Below the pieces are notes generated by a model, which was given only the letters and a program-made list of their open reading frames with translations, was not told the DNA's origin and did not search any database. Both the position numbers and the translations under genes were made by a program. Below, piece by piece: positions 42,891 through 55,401 of a stretch of DNA of 64,000 bases. Source of the DNA: the human T2T-CHM13v2.0 reference genome, Homo sapiens. How positions within the stretch are numbered: position 1 is the stretch's first letter; the number at the start of each line of letters is the position of its first letter. The stretch is from NCBI RefSeq assembly GCF_009914755.1, contig NC_060947.1, one strand, 5' to 3'.

Positions 42891-45430
42891 TGCTGCCCGA
42901 TTGCCTCAGAAGCCCCCTAGACCATCACGGATGCTGATCTTCAGGTAACTCTCACAGTGGAGGGTAAGTCCATCCCTTTCTTAATCAATACAGAGGCTAC
43001 CCACTCCACATTACCTTCTTTTCAAGGGCCTGTTTCCCTTGCGTCCATAACTGTTGTAGGTATTGACGGCCAGGCTTCTAAACCTCTTAAAACTCCCCAA
43101 CTCTGGTGCCAACTTAGACAATACTGTTTTAAGCAATCCTTTTAATTATCCCCACCTGCCCAGCTCCCTTATTAGGTCGAGACATTTTAATTAAATTATC
43201 TGCTTCCCTGACTATTCCTGGGCTACAGCTGCACCTCATTGCTGCCTTTTCCCCCAGTTCAAAGCCTCCTTCACATCCTCTCCTTGTATCTCCCCACCTT
43301 AAACCACGAGTATAGGACACCTCTACTCCCTCCTTAGTGATGGATCATGCACCCCTTACCATCTCATTAAAACCTAATCACCCTTACCCTGCTCAACACC
43401 AATATCCCATCCCACAGCACGCTTTAAAAGGATTAAACCCTGTTATCACTCACCTGTTACAGCATGGCCTTTTAAAGCCTATAAACTCTCCTTACAATTC
43501 CCCCATTTTACCTGTCCTAAAACCAGACAAGCCTTACAGGTTAGTTCAGGATCTGCGCCTTATCAACCAAATTGTTTTGCCTATCCACCCCATGGTGCCA
43601 AACCCATAGACTCTCCTATCCTAAATACCTCCCTCCACAAACCTATTATTCTATTCTGGATCTCAGACATGTTTTCTTTACTATTCCTTTGCACCCTTCA
43701 CCCAAGCCTCTCTTCACTTTCACTTGGACTGACCGTGACACCCATCAGGCTCAGCAAATTACCTAGGCTGTACTGCCTCAAGTCTTCACAGACAGCTGCC
43801 ATTACTTCCGTCAAGCCCAAATTTCTTCCTCATCTGTTACCTATCTCGATACAATTCTCAGGAAAACACACGTGCTCTCCCTGCTGATTGTGTCCGGCTA
43901 ATCTCCCAAACCCCAATCCCTTCTACAAAATAACAACTCCTTTCCTTCCTAGGCATAGTTAGTGAGGTCAAAATTCATACACAAGAGCCAGGACCGCACC
44001 CTGTAGCCTTTCTGTCCAAACAACTTGACCTTACTGTTTTAGCCTAGCCCTCATGTCTGCATGCAGTGGCTGCCACTGCCTTAATAATTTTAGAGGCCCT
44101 CAAAATCACAAACTATGCTCAACTCACCCTCTACAGTTCTCATAACTTCCAAAATCTATTTTCTTCCTCACACCTGACGCATATACTTTCTGCCCCCCTC
44201 CACTACCTCTCAGCAAGCCGAACTCAGTGCCTTAACTCGAGCCCTCACTCTTGCAAAAGGACTACGCATCAATATTTGTACTGACTAAATATGCCTTCCA
44301 TATCTTGCACCACCATGCTGTTATATAGGCTGAAAGAGATTTCCTCACTATGCAAAGGTCCTCCATCATTAATGCCTCTTTAATAAAAATGCTTCTCAAA
44401 GCCGCTAGTCATTCACTGCAAAGGCCATCAAAAGGCATTAGATCCCATCGCTCAGGACAACACTTATGCTGATAAGGTAGCTAAAAAAGCAGCCATCAAA
44501 AGGCATCAGATCCCATCGCTCAGGACAATGCTTATGCTGATAAAATAGCTAAAAAAAGCAGCTGGTGTTCCAACTTCTATCCCTCAAGGCAGTTTTTCGC
44601 CTTCTCATCTGGCCACTCCCACCTACTCCCCCGCTGAAACTTCCACCTATCAATCTCTTCCCACACAAGGCAAATGGTTTAAAAGGAAAATATCTCCTTC
44701 CAGCCTCACAGGCCCATTCTATTCTGTCGTCATTTCATAACCTCTTCCATGTAGGTTACAAGCCGCTAGCCTGCCTCTTAGATCCTCTCATTTCCTTTCC
44801 ATCGTGGAAATCTATCCTCAAGGAAATCACTTCTCAGTGTTCCATCTGCTATTCTACTACTCCTCAGGCATTTCTCAGGCCCCCTCCCTTCCCTACACAT
44901 CAAGCTCGGGGATTTGCCCCCGCCCAGAACTGGCAAATTGACTTTACTCACCTGCCTCGAGTCAGGAAACTAAAATACCCCTTGGTCTGGGTAGACGCTT
45001 TCATTCGATAAGTAGAAGCCTTTCCCACAGGGTCTGAGAAGGCCACCGCGGTCATTTCTTCCCTTCTGTCAGACATAATTCCTTGGTTTGGCCTTCCCAC
45101 CTCTATACAGTCCGATAACGGACTGGCCTTTGTTAGTCAAATCACCCAAGCAGTTTTTCAGGCTCTTGGTATTCAGCGAAACCTTTATATCCCTTACCAT
45201 CCTCAATCTTCAGGAAAGGTAGGAGAGACTAAAGGTCTTTTAAAAACACACCTCACAAAGCTCAGCCACCAACTTAAAAAGGACTGGACAATACTTTTAC
45301 CACTTGCCCTTCTCAGAATTCAGGCCTGTCCTCAGAATGCTACAAGGTACAGCCCATTTGAGCTCTTGTATAGATGCTCCTTTTTATTAGGCCCCAGTCT
45401 CATTCCAGACACCAGACCAACTTGGACTGA
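42891..45430 (+). pseudogene. pol: HERV-H pro/pol remnants (protease, partial RT, RNase H, integrase)
   Basis: FLINTEATHS (degenerate DTGA); SPYNSPILPVLKPDKPYRLVQDLR (RT); H..FH...CSIC and WQIDFTH...WVDAF (integrase); many stops and deletions. Confidence 0.92.
44423..44562 (+). repeat. ~70-bp tandem duplication in the HERV-H RNase H region
   Basis: gccatcaaaaggcat(t/c)agatcccatcgctcaggacaa..cttatgctgataa..tagctaaaaaagca, twice. Confidence 0.9.
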
Positions 45431-45647
45431 GCCCCAAAAACCTTGTCATCCCTACTGTCTTCTGTCTAGTCATACTCCTATTCACTGTTCTCAACTACTC
45501 CTAAATGCTCGTGTTTATACTGCTGGTAAACTGTTTCTCCAAGCCATCACAGCTGATATCTCCTGGTACTATCCCCAAACCACCACTCTTAACTCCCTCT
45601 TAAAGTAAATAAATAATCTTTGCTGGCAGGGCTATGCTGAACCTCCT

Positions 45648-45699
45648 TAGGCACTCTCTAATTGGATGTCCTAGGCACTCTCTAATTGGATGTCCTAGG
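45648..45699 (+). repeat. 24-bp perfect tandem duplication in the HERV-H env remnant
   Basis: taggcactctctaattggatgtcc, twice. Confidence 0.9.
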
Positions 45700-46033
45700 T
45701 CCTCCCAATTCTTAGTCCTTTAATACCTGTTTTTCTCCTTGTCTTATTCCATTTAGTTTTTCAATTCGTACAAAACCGTATCCAGGCCATCACCAATAAT
45801 TCTATATGACAAATGTTTCTTCTAACAACCCCACAATATCACCCCTTACCACAAAATCTTCCTTCAGCTTAATCTCTCCCACTGTAGGTTCCCACACCAC
45901 CCCTAATCACGCTGGAAGCAGCCCTGAGAAACATCGCCCATTATCTCTCCACACCAACCCCCAAAATTTTTGCCACCCGAACACTTTACCACTATGTTGT
46001 TTTATTTTTCTTATTAATATAAGAAGACAGGAA

Positions 46034-46433
46034 TGTCAGGCCTCTGAGTCCAAGCTAAGCCATCATATCCTCTGTGACCTGCAAATATACACCCAGATGG
46101 CCCGAAGGAACTGAAGAATGACAAAAGAAGCGAAAATGGCCTGTTCCTGCCTTAACTGATGACATTACCTTGTGAAATTCCTTTTCCTGGCTCATCCTGG
46201 CTCAAAAGCTCCCCAACTGAGCACCTTGTGACCCCCAACCCTGCCCGCTGAGAACAACCCCCTTTGACTGTAATTTTCCTTTACCTACCCAAATCTTATA
46301 AAATGGCCCCACCCCTATCGCCCTTTGCTGACTCTCTTTTCAGACTCAGCCCACCTGCACCCAGGTGAAATAAACAGCCTTGTTGCTCACACAAAGCCTG
46401 TGTGGTGGTCTCTTCACATGGACTCGAGTGAAA
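46034..46433 (+). mobile_element. HERV-H 3' LTR (LTR7 family)
   Basis: Preceded by PPT 'aagaagacaggaa'; ends gtgaaa; ~22 substitutions plus a 3-bp indel relative to the 5' LTR. Confidence 0.95.
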
Positions 46434-49400
46434 ATCTGCACATGGAAAATATTCTAAAATCAACCACATGCTCAGCCATGAAGCAATTTTCAACAAATTT
46501 AAAAAACCCACACAATCATATCAACTACTCTCTCAGACTACAGTGCAACAAAACCAGAAATCAATTTTATTAAGAAGATCTCTCAAAACCATACAATTAA
46601 ATGGAAATTAAGCAATCTGCTCCTGAATGACTTTTAGGCAAACAATGAAATTAAGGCAAAAATCAATAATTGTTTTGAAATTAATAAAAACAATGATACA
46701 ATATGCCAGAATCTCTGGCACATATCTAAAACAGTGTTAAGGGGAAAGTTTATAGTTCTAAATGCCCACATCAAAAAGTTAGAAATATCTCAAAGAAATA
46801 ATCTAACATCACATCTAGAGGAACTAGAAAAGCAAGAGCAAAGCAACTCCAAACCTAGTAGAAGAAAAGAAATAACCAAAATCAGAGCTGAATTTAATGA
46901 AATGAAGATGATAAAAAACATACAGATATCAACAAAAGCAAAAGTTAGTTCTTCAAAAGAATGAATAAGATTGATAGATTGTTAGCTAAACTAATATAGA
47001 AAAAAGAGAAAAGATCCATATAAACACAATCAGAAATGACAAAGGAGACATTACCACCAATCCCACAGAAATATGAAAAGCCCTCAGAGACTATTATTCA
47101 TACCTCTATGCACACAAACTAGAAAACCTAGAATAAATGGATAAATTATTAGAAACATACAACCTTCCAAGATTGAACCAGGAAGAAATTAAAAACCTGA
47201 ATAGATCCATAATGAGTTCTGAAATTGAATCTGTAATAAAAAGCCTACCAACCAGAAAGAAACCCTAGATCAAACGGACTCACAGCTAAATTCGACTATA
47301 TATATAAAGGAGAGCTGGTATCAGTCTTACTGAAACTATTCCAAAAAGTCATGGAGGAGGGAATCCTCCCTAAATCATTCTATGAGGCCAGCATCATTCT
47401 GATACCAAAACCTAGCAGAGACACAAGAAAAAAATTTCAGGCCAATATCTCTGATAAACATGGATGCAAAAATCCTCAACAAAATACTAGCAAATCAAAT
47501 CCAGCAGCACGTGATAAAGCCCATTCACCACCATCAAGTAGGCTTGATCTCTGGGAGGCAAGGTTGGTTTAACGTATGCAAATCAATAATGTGATTCATC
47601 ACATAAACAGAACTAAAACACAAAACCACATGATCATTGCAATAGATGCAGAAAATAATTTTAATAAAATCCAACATCCTTTTCTGTTAAAAACCCTCAA
47701 TGAACCAGGCATCTAAGAAACATACCTCAGAACTGTAAAAGTCCTTTATGACAAATCTGTAGCCAACATCATATTGAACAGGCAAAAGCTGGAAGCATTC
47801 CCCTTGAAAACCAGAGCAAAACAAGGATGCCCACTTTCACCACCCTTATTCAACATAGTACTGGAAGTCCTAACCACACCAATCAGATAACAGAAAGAAA
47901 CAAAGGCATCACAATAGGATTAGAAAAAGTCAAACAATCCCTGTTTGCAGACAATATTATTCTATATTTGGAAATCACCATCGTCTCTGCTCAAAGTCTT
48001 CTGGATATGATAAACATCTTCAGCAAAGTTTCAGGATTCGAAATCAATATACACGTATCAGTAACATTTCTATACACCAATAACATCCAAGTGGAGAGCC
48101 AAATCAAGAATGCAATCCCATTCACAAAAGCCACAAAAAGAATAAAATACCTAAGAATACAGCCAATTAGTGATGTGAAAGATCTCTACAATGAGAATTA
48201 CAAAACACTGATGAAAGACAGCACACACAAATGGAAGAAGAGTTCATGCTCATGGATAGGTACAATCAATATCATGAAAATGACCATGCTACCTAAAGCA
48301 ATTTAAAGATTAAATGCTATTCCTATCAAAGTACCAATCATATTTTTCACAGAATTATAAAAAAAAACTATTCTAAAATTTATTTGGAACCAGAAAAGAG
48401 CTCATATAGCCAAAGCAATCCTAAGCAAAAGACAAAAAAAAAAATGACAACAACAAAAACACAGTCACAAGCATCAAACTATCTGACTTCAAAGTGTACT
48501 ACAAAGTTACCATAATTAAAACAGCATAGTACTGGAACAAAAGCAAACACATAGATCAATGGAACAGAGTAAACAACCCAGAAATAAAGCCAAACACCTG
48601 CAGCCATCTGATCTTCAACAAATTTGACAATAACAAGCTATGAAGAAAGGACCCTCTATTCAATAAATGCTGCTAGAATAACTAGCTAGCCATATGCAAA
48701 TTACTGAAATTGGACCCCTTTCTTTTACCATATAGAAAAATTAACTCAAGATGAAGTAAAGACTTATATGTAAATCCTAGCACTGTAAAAACCCTAGAAG
48801 AAAATGTAGGAAATACAATTCTGGACATCAGCCCTGGCAAAAACTTGATGACAAGGACTCCAAAAGTAATTGCAAAGAAAACAAAAATTAACAAATGAAA
48901 CTTAATTAAACTAAAGAGCATCTAGACAGCAAAGGAAACTATCTATAGAGTAAACAGACAGCCTACAGAATGGGAGAAAATATTTGCAAACTATGCACCA
49001 GACTAAGATTTAATATACAGAATCTATAAGGAACTTAAATAAGTCAACTAGCAAAAAACAAACCAACCTATTAAACAATGGGCAAAGAACATGAGCAGAT
49101 ACTTCTCAAAAGGAGTCATATATGCAGCCAGCAAGCATATGAAAAAATGCTCAATATCCCTAATGGAAATGCAAATCAAATGGAAATGCAAATCCAAACC
49201 ACAGTGAGATGCTATCTCACACCAGTCAGAATGACCATTATTAAAAAGTCAATAAATAGCCGATGTTGGCAAGGTTGCAATGAAAAGGGAATGTTTGTGC
49301 ACTGTTGGTGGGAATGTAAATTATTTCAGTCATTGTGGAAAGCAGCCTGGAGATTTCTCAAATAACTTAAAACAGAACTACCCTTAGACACAGCAATTCC

Positions 49401-50852
49401 ATTCCTGGGTATATATCCAAAGGAAAATAAATTGTTCTACCATAAAGACACATGAATGCGTATGTTAATCACAGCACAATTCACAATAGCAAAGAATCAA
49501 CCTAGATGTCCATCAACAGTGGACTGGATCAATAAATGTGGAATTTATACACTATGGAATACTACACAGCCATAAAAAATGAAATCACGTCCTTTGCAGC
49601 AACATGAATGGAACTGGAGGCCATTATTCTAAGGAAATTAATGAAGAATCAGAAAACCAAATACCATATATTCTCACTTATAAGTGGAAGCTAAATATTG
49701 AGTACACATGAACTCAAAGAAGGGAACAATACACACTGGGGCATACTTAAGGGTACAGAGTGAGAGGAGAGTGTGGATTGTAAAACAATCTATAATTTAT
49801 TATGCCTATTACCTGGATGACAAAATTACGCATACATCAAACCCCTGTGACACACAATTTGCCCATCTAACAAACTTGTGTATGTACTCCTTGAACCTCA
49901 AATAAAACTCGGAAGGAAAAAAAATAAATAAAAGTTTCTGGACCCAATCGTTGTTGGCTTTCCTAAGAATGTATACTTATTTGGAGAATATTATATTCAT
50001 TTTTGAAGCCTCATTGCCATTTCCAAGGTAACATGAAAAGTCCCACCAAACCTTGTTATGTATATAAGATACCTATGCTAAAATTTAGTGGAATTTAAGC
50101 AAACTACTCCTCATTTTAAACATACTTATCCAGACTTGTATAAGCTATACATATTAATGTATTTCCTTGACCAACCTCCAGGCTTGCTAGTTTTTCAACA
50201 GAGCAAACATCATATCTGTAACTTTTCTATATGCCTCTGGTCCAGTCTGTTTTTCCCAGTCTATGAAAATTTATTGTTTTTACAGTGTAATGCAGAGATC
50301 CTCCCCCATGTATCACACATGATTGATAAATTCACTTATAAGACAAAGTTTCATGGACTTACTCAGGGGTATAAACAATTTCCAATGGGCTAATAATAAT
50401 TTCCTCTTTTTCTTTCACTCAAGACAGCATATTAGATCATAAAGAGTGAGCAATATTATTAAATAAGATATCTTAAAATTGCTCTTATTTACTAAAAATA
50501 ATTTTCAAATGTTGATACTTTTTATTAGTACTAAATTATTTGTGACATATGTCACTACTCATCACAACACACAGTTCAGAAACTGCTGGTCTAAACCAAG
50601 AAACTTAGTGCTTTACATTCTCTGGTTTTGTTTCTCAACAAAATTGCAGGTTTTCCTACAGGCAGGATTTGTAGTTGATATATATTTGGTCTTTCATAAA
50701 TTGTATTTTAGATAGCTAAATAGATAGATAGGTAGAGATATATATATTGAGAGAAATAGTATTTCCAACGACATACATAGTGAAGTGCTCAGTACTTTAG
50801 TTAAAATTGGAGCCTAGTCTTAAGCCAAGAGTGACTAGAAAAGAGTTGTGTA

Positions 50853-51000
50853 TGGGGTCTAAGCAAAGGTAATAGCATATGCAGAGGCCCAGAGGCATTT
50901 TAGAGCATGTCACATTCAAGAAGCAAAAGATGCGCAGTGGATCTGGGGTAATGGGTATTAATTCAAGAGTAACTAGAGAGGTTAAATCATAAAAGGCCTT
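50853..51000 (+). repeat. Local direct duplication of 51428-51575 (148 bp, offset 575)
   Basis: About 8 mismatches; the source copy lies inside a continuous L2. Confidence 0.95.
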
Positions 51001-51124
51001 GTTTTTATAGCCTCAAAATATTATTCTTGTTAAGGAAAGATAGGGATTTGACATTGATTTGGCTTTAGTCACACCTTCCAAATTACTGTTTTAGGATAAG
51101 GAAATGCTCAGGAGCTTTATATTT

Positions 51125-51735
51125 TTTCATACATTTATTCATATTTATTGAGTACCTACTATGTGTTAGTCACAGTTGCATAGGCACCATGAGTAAGATA
51201 TAGTCCCTATAGTCCCTGGCATTGATAAATTTACATTCTATCAGAAGGGGGAATATTATTAAACAATTACATTATGCATCATGCTATGTTAGGGGAAGAA
51301 TAGGGTGATATAAAAGCACATGACAGGGGATCTAAATGCTGACTTGATGAGGCTGGCCATGGAAAGCTTCCTGAAGGAAGTGACACTCAAGCTGGGGCCT
51401 AAAAGATGAAAGAGTGGGAGTGGTGGGTGGGGTCTAAGCAAAGGTAATAGCATATGCAGAGGCCCAGAGGCATTTTAGAGCGTGTCATATTCAAGGAGCA
51501 AAAGATGCACAGTAGATCTGGGGTAATGGGTATTAATTCAAGAGTGACTAGAGAGGTTAAATCATAAAGGACCTTATAAGTCAAGCTAATAAATTTGGAA
51601 GCAATGCATGCAATTGTAAGATTTTAATTAGAGATATGACAATATTATATTTACACTAAAGACATCACTGTGGCTGCTAGGGGTGAATTGATTGAAAGAG
51701 GGTAGGATTGGAGGAAGGAAAACCAGTTAAGAGGT
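51125..51735 (-). mobile_element. L2 3' portion
   Basis: 'attcatatttattgagtacctactatgtg...ggaaagcttcctgaaggaagtgaca...catcactgtggctgct'. Confidence 0.8.
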
Positions 51736-52087
51736 CCCTTCAGTTCTTACAGGGAATCTTGGCAGTGCATCACAGCATCCACTACCAGTGTCTTTCTTGA
51801 AATAATTATTCTATGAGATATTAATCAGTGTTTCAAGAAGAAAAATGACTTCTGTGGTCAACTAAGTTTAGCAAATCCTAGGCTAAACAAGTTTTTTTTT
51901 AACTGGAAGAATTTTCAGAAATTTAAATATGCTGTTTTAAATGGTGAATTGTGATTCTCCAAGGGTGGGATAGAATAGGTAGAAGATAGCAACCACAAGT
52001 GACCAGAAGGCACATGTTTTGAGGAATATCCCTTATGCATAGTAGTACTGAACATCAGTTTAAACAATGCTGTTTCAGAGGCAACGG
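51736..52087 (+). repeat. Local direct duplication of 52828-53181 (~353 bp, offset ~1092)
   Basis: About 8 substitutions plus a T-run length difference. Confidence 0.97.
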
Positions 52088-52405
52088 CAATTAAGATAAT
52101 AATGATGCAGACATAATTTTTCATAGGCTTTTAAAACTTTTATCTCTTCAGTGTGTCCAGATTATTTTCACTCCTTCAAAACCAGCTGCCTTTATAGATT
52201 CCTCATGTAGCCTATTGCTTTTCAGCTGGCACTCCAATTCCATGATAACTAAAGTAAGTGGAGATTCATTGTTCACTCTGTGTTTTCTATTAAGCTTCCT
52301 TCAAAATTTGGCATGTTTTCTTTCCACATGTGATTTGTTGTATATTACCTTTTTTTTTTTTTTGCATCAATTGTCTTCATTACACCTAAGTGTCCTAAAA
52401 TGTTT

Positions 52406-52878
52406 TGTAGGTTGAGTTCTTTCAAAAGTAAACTGAGCTTGAACTAAGCATTCAGGAAATTTATCATGCAATATTCTCAGGATCAGCAACTGTTCAAGAA
52501 AAGAGAAAGGAAGGGAAAAAAATAAAAAAGAAAAGAAAACAAAAGTGGGCAGAGAGAAAAGTTGAGCTGTGGCATAGCCTCAGTGAAGGCATCGGCTAAC
52601 ACCATTTGAGTTGTGAAACTGAGATATCTTTTTACGGTTGTCTCACATTGTGGTGAATAGTCAGGGCATTTTACTTCAGTCTCGATCAGTCCTTGAATGC
52701 AGGCTGTCCCTGGGAAGGGGTTATGAACTTAAGAGAGGCAGTTCTCTCTAGCTATTGGCAATTTTTAGAGAGAGCTGGCAGCTGAGTGCAGTCAGCCAGA
52801 AGTATTCCCAGAAACTGGGGGAACGAGCCCTTCAGTTCTTACAGGGAATCTTGGCAGTGCATCACAGCATCCACTACA
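52406..52878 (-). mobile_element. ERVL-type solo LTR (LTR33/LTR16-like)
   Basis: Minus strand begins tgtagtggatgctgtgatgc...aactgaagggctcgttccccc; TG...CA termini. Confidence 0.7.
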
Positions 52879-53509
52879 AGTGTCTTTCTTGAAATAATTA
52901 TTATATGAGATATTAATCAGTGTTTCAAGAAGAAAAATGACTTCTATGGTCAACTCAGTTTAGCAAATCCTAGGCTAAACAAGTTTTTTTTTTTAAGTGG
53001 AAGAATTTTCAGAAATTTAAATATGCTGTTTTAAATGGTGAATTGTCACTCTCCAAGGGTGGGATAGAATAGGTAGAAGATAGCAACCACAAGTGACCAG
53101 AAGGCACATGTTTTGAGGAATATCCCTTATGCATAGTACTACTGAACATCAGTTTAAACAATGCTGTTTCAGAGGCAACGGTAACAGGAAAAGTACTATG
53201 GGGATCATTGGGATGGGGATCTGGAGCTCTAGTATCTCAGATTTTGTCTCAACCAACATGACAAAGCACTTGTCATGGTTCAATTATTAGCAAGATCTAT
53301 TACCTGTGATTAGATTGCTGTAGACTATTAAATCTGATCCGTGACTAAATCAAACAGGACTTATCTATTAATGAAAGTCTAACTTAGTATGAAGACAAAG
53401 TATTTGCTTTATTGTTGACTACACTTCTTCTCATTCTGATGAGTTTATAGGGTAAATATTTCATGTTTTGAAAATCGACACTGATGACAAAAAAATACAA
53501 TGTTGTTTT

Positions 53510-53629
53510 CTTTTTTTTATTTATTTATTATTATTATACTTTAAGTTTTAGGGTACATGTGCACAATGTGCAAGTTAGTTACATATGTATACATGTGCCA
53601 TGCTGGTGCGCTGTACCCACTAACTCGTC
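53510..53629 (-). mobile_element. Extremely 5'-truncated young L1 (L1PA2-like, ~120 bp)
   Basis: Minus strand reads 'tgacgagttagtgggtacagcgcaccagcatggcacatg...aaaacttaaagtataataa'; 15-bp TSD atacaatgttgtttt (53495-53509 / 53630-53644). Confidence 0.93.
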
Positions 53630-53986
53630 ATACAATGTTGTTTTCAAGAAAAACCTGTCATGCAATGGTATTATTGTATGACACAAGGAGGCCTTGTAAA
53701 GAATTCAGAATAAACTGTAACTTTTCTCAGTGTAACTCCATGTCAGCTTTTGCATCTCTGTGATTATCGATTCAGTTGATAGATCTATTTTCTCACTGAC
53801 CTCCACTTGAAATAGTTCTCACTTTAAGATGTCTGCTTATCTGACTTCTACATAAATCAATTCAGATTGTGTTAGGATCAGATAAAAGGCAGTTTCAGGA
53901 AGGAAAAAGAAACTCTCCATTGAAATATGCTACCTGTGCTTAAGAAAGTTCATGGATAGAAAGATATAAGACTCCAAGTATACATA

Positions 53987-54290
53987 CTGTTGGCCCTCCA
54001 TATCTGTGGGTTCTACAATCATGAGTTCAACCAAGCATGGACTGAAAATATTTGAAAAACAACAATAAAAAATAATGTAAATGAAAATACAGTACAACAA
54101 CTAGTTATATAGCATTTACATCGTATTAAGTATTATAAGTAATATAAAGATGATTTAATATATACAGGAGGAGGCACATAGGTTATATGCAAATACTATG
54201 CCATTTTATATAAGGAATTGTTCATACAGGGATTTTGGTATCCACGGAGAGTCCTGGAACAAATCTCCCACAGATACTGAGGGACGATAG
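53987..54290. mobile_element. MER2-like Tigger-derived MITE
   Basis: Terminal inverted repeats 'ctgttggccctccatatctgtggg' / 'cccacagatactgagggacgatag', flanked by TA. Confidence 0.85.
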
Positions 54291-54455
54291 TACCTTTAAA
54301 AGTTAGAGATAAGTATTTAACCTTAGAAATGGCAAAATGGCCTGAATGCCAACTATCTGACACTACATTTGTTCTACGCATCCTAATATTAAGCTTTCTC
54401 AACATAAGTAGAAAGTGACATATGACTTTGAACAGAAATTTTCAGTATCACACAG

Positions 54456-54456
<1 letters not shown>

Positions 54457-54485
<29 letters not shown>
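54457..54485. repeat. (TG)14 microsatellite
   Basis: Perfect TG run. Confidence 0.97.
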
Positions 54486-54488
<3 letters not shown>

Positions 54489-55401
54489 CGGAAAGAGACA
54501 CACAAAAAAGAGAGAGGTGAAGAGGTGGAAAAAGAGAGAACCATGCATAATGGTAACTTAGGTTACTGCTACAGGAGTTTATGAATGGCTTAAAGCTTGG
54601 CTGGCAAAATCATTGTATTATATTTTGAAATTTAACTGCATTGCTCTAAGGGCCTAATATGCTGATATTTGGTTTGTCAGAGGTTATTCCACGTTTTCTG
54701 TCAACCTGAGTTTGTTAATCTTGAGCAGTAGGATTTTCTTTTATTTGGTTGTTTTTTTCAGTGTCAGTGTCTTTTCCTGACCATTTTCATTTTAAAAAAT
54801 AGTGCCTAAAAATGGACTTTCTTCAGGCTATATTTTATTATTGCAGGAACCACCTGGAAAAAAGAACTTAATTGATTAGGACTCCGCTAAGTTGAAATAC
54901 AAATGAAGTTATACATTCATAAGTACACAGGCTCTTTTTGAAGCTATCCAAGACAAGATAAACTACAGTTTAGGAAAGTACAAAAAAGGTTTTTAACAAT
55001 AAATGAATTATTCATGTTTTTTTGGGATGTGCTGTGCAGAGGTCTGGCAACCAACTCTTTTCCAGTCAAAAACGACTTTTGATTGATGATGTGCTGTCTG
55101 CATAATCCTGATCCTTTCATCTTTTTCATAGCAGTCATTGAGTGGGACCAGCACATTTATAAGAAATAGCAATAGGAAAAATCTAGAATATCAGAAATCT
55201 GGGGAGGGGCATCAATAAAGTCATAAGTTGCCTTGCAGAAAGCAACCGTGGCTTTAGCCCCCTTGACCACTATTTTCCTTTCCAAAGAAATAAACTGCTG
55301 TTTATATCAAAATATCATCACTCTCCTTTTATTCCCACTCTCAATCCCACCCAGAAAGAATAAAGGAATTGGTTAAGATAGTTTCCCTGCATTGTAAACA
55401 T

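Larger units (their letters stand above)
41596..46433 (+). mobile_element. HERV-H provirus (~4.84 kb, non-autonomous deleted type) in the L1 ORF2 EN region
   Basis: Two LTR7-family LTRs; gag/pro/pol remnants; env largely deleted; 5-bp TSD atccg / atctg (41591-41595 / 46434-46438). Confidence 0.97.
37042..49927 (+). mobile_element. Full-length L1PA15/16-like element (5' UTR, ORF1 ~39657-40920, ORF2 ~41000-49600, 3' UTR) with three nested insertions
   Basis: 5' 'ggggagatgccaagatggttgactagaagc'; ORF1 start [15 protein letters not shown]; ORF2 fragments; L1PA16-type tail; 12-bp TSD ataaaagtttct (37030-37041 / 49928-49939). Confidence 0.95.

Noticed and set aside
44423-44562. 70-bp tandem duplication in HERV-H pol as a locus-specific event
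   Set aside because: The units are diverged and I recall similar duplications in other deleted HERV-H copies, so it was probably inherited from the progenitor; not counted in the duplication cluster.
54825-55150. Possible splice acceptor (ttttattattgcag) and a C/D-box-like motif near 55085
   Set aside because: No open exon with a matching donor, and the box spacing is too short with no terminal stem.
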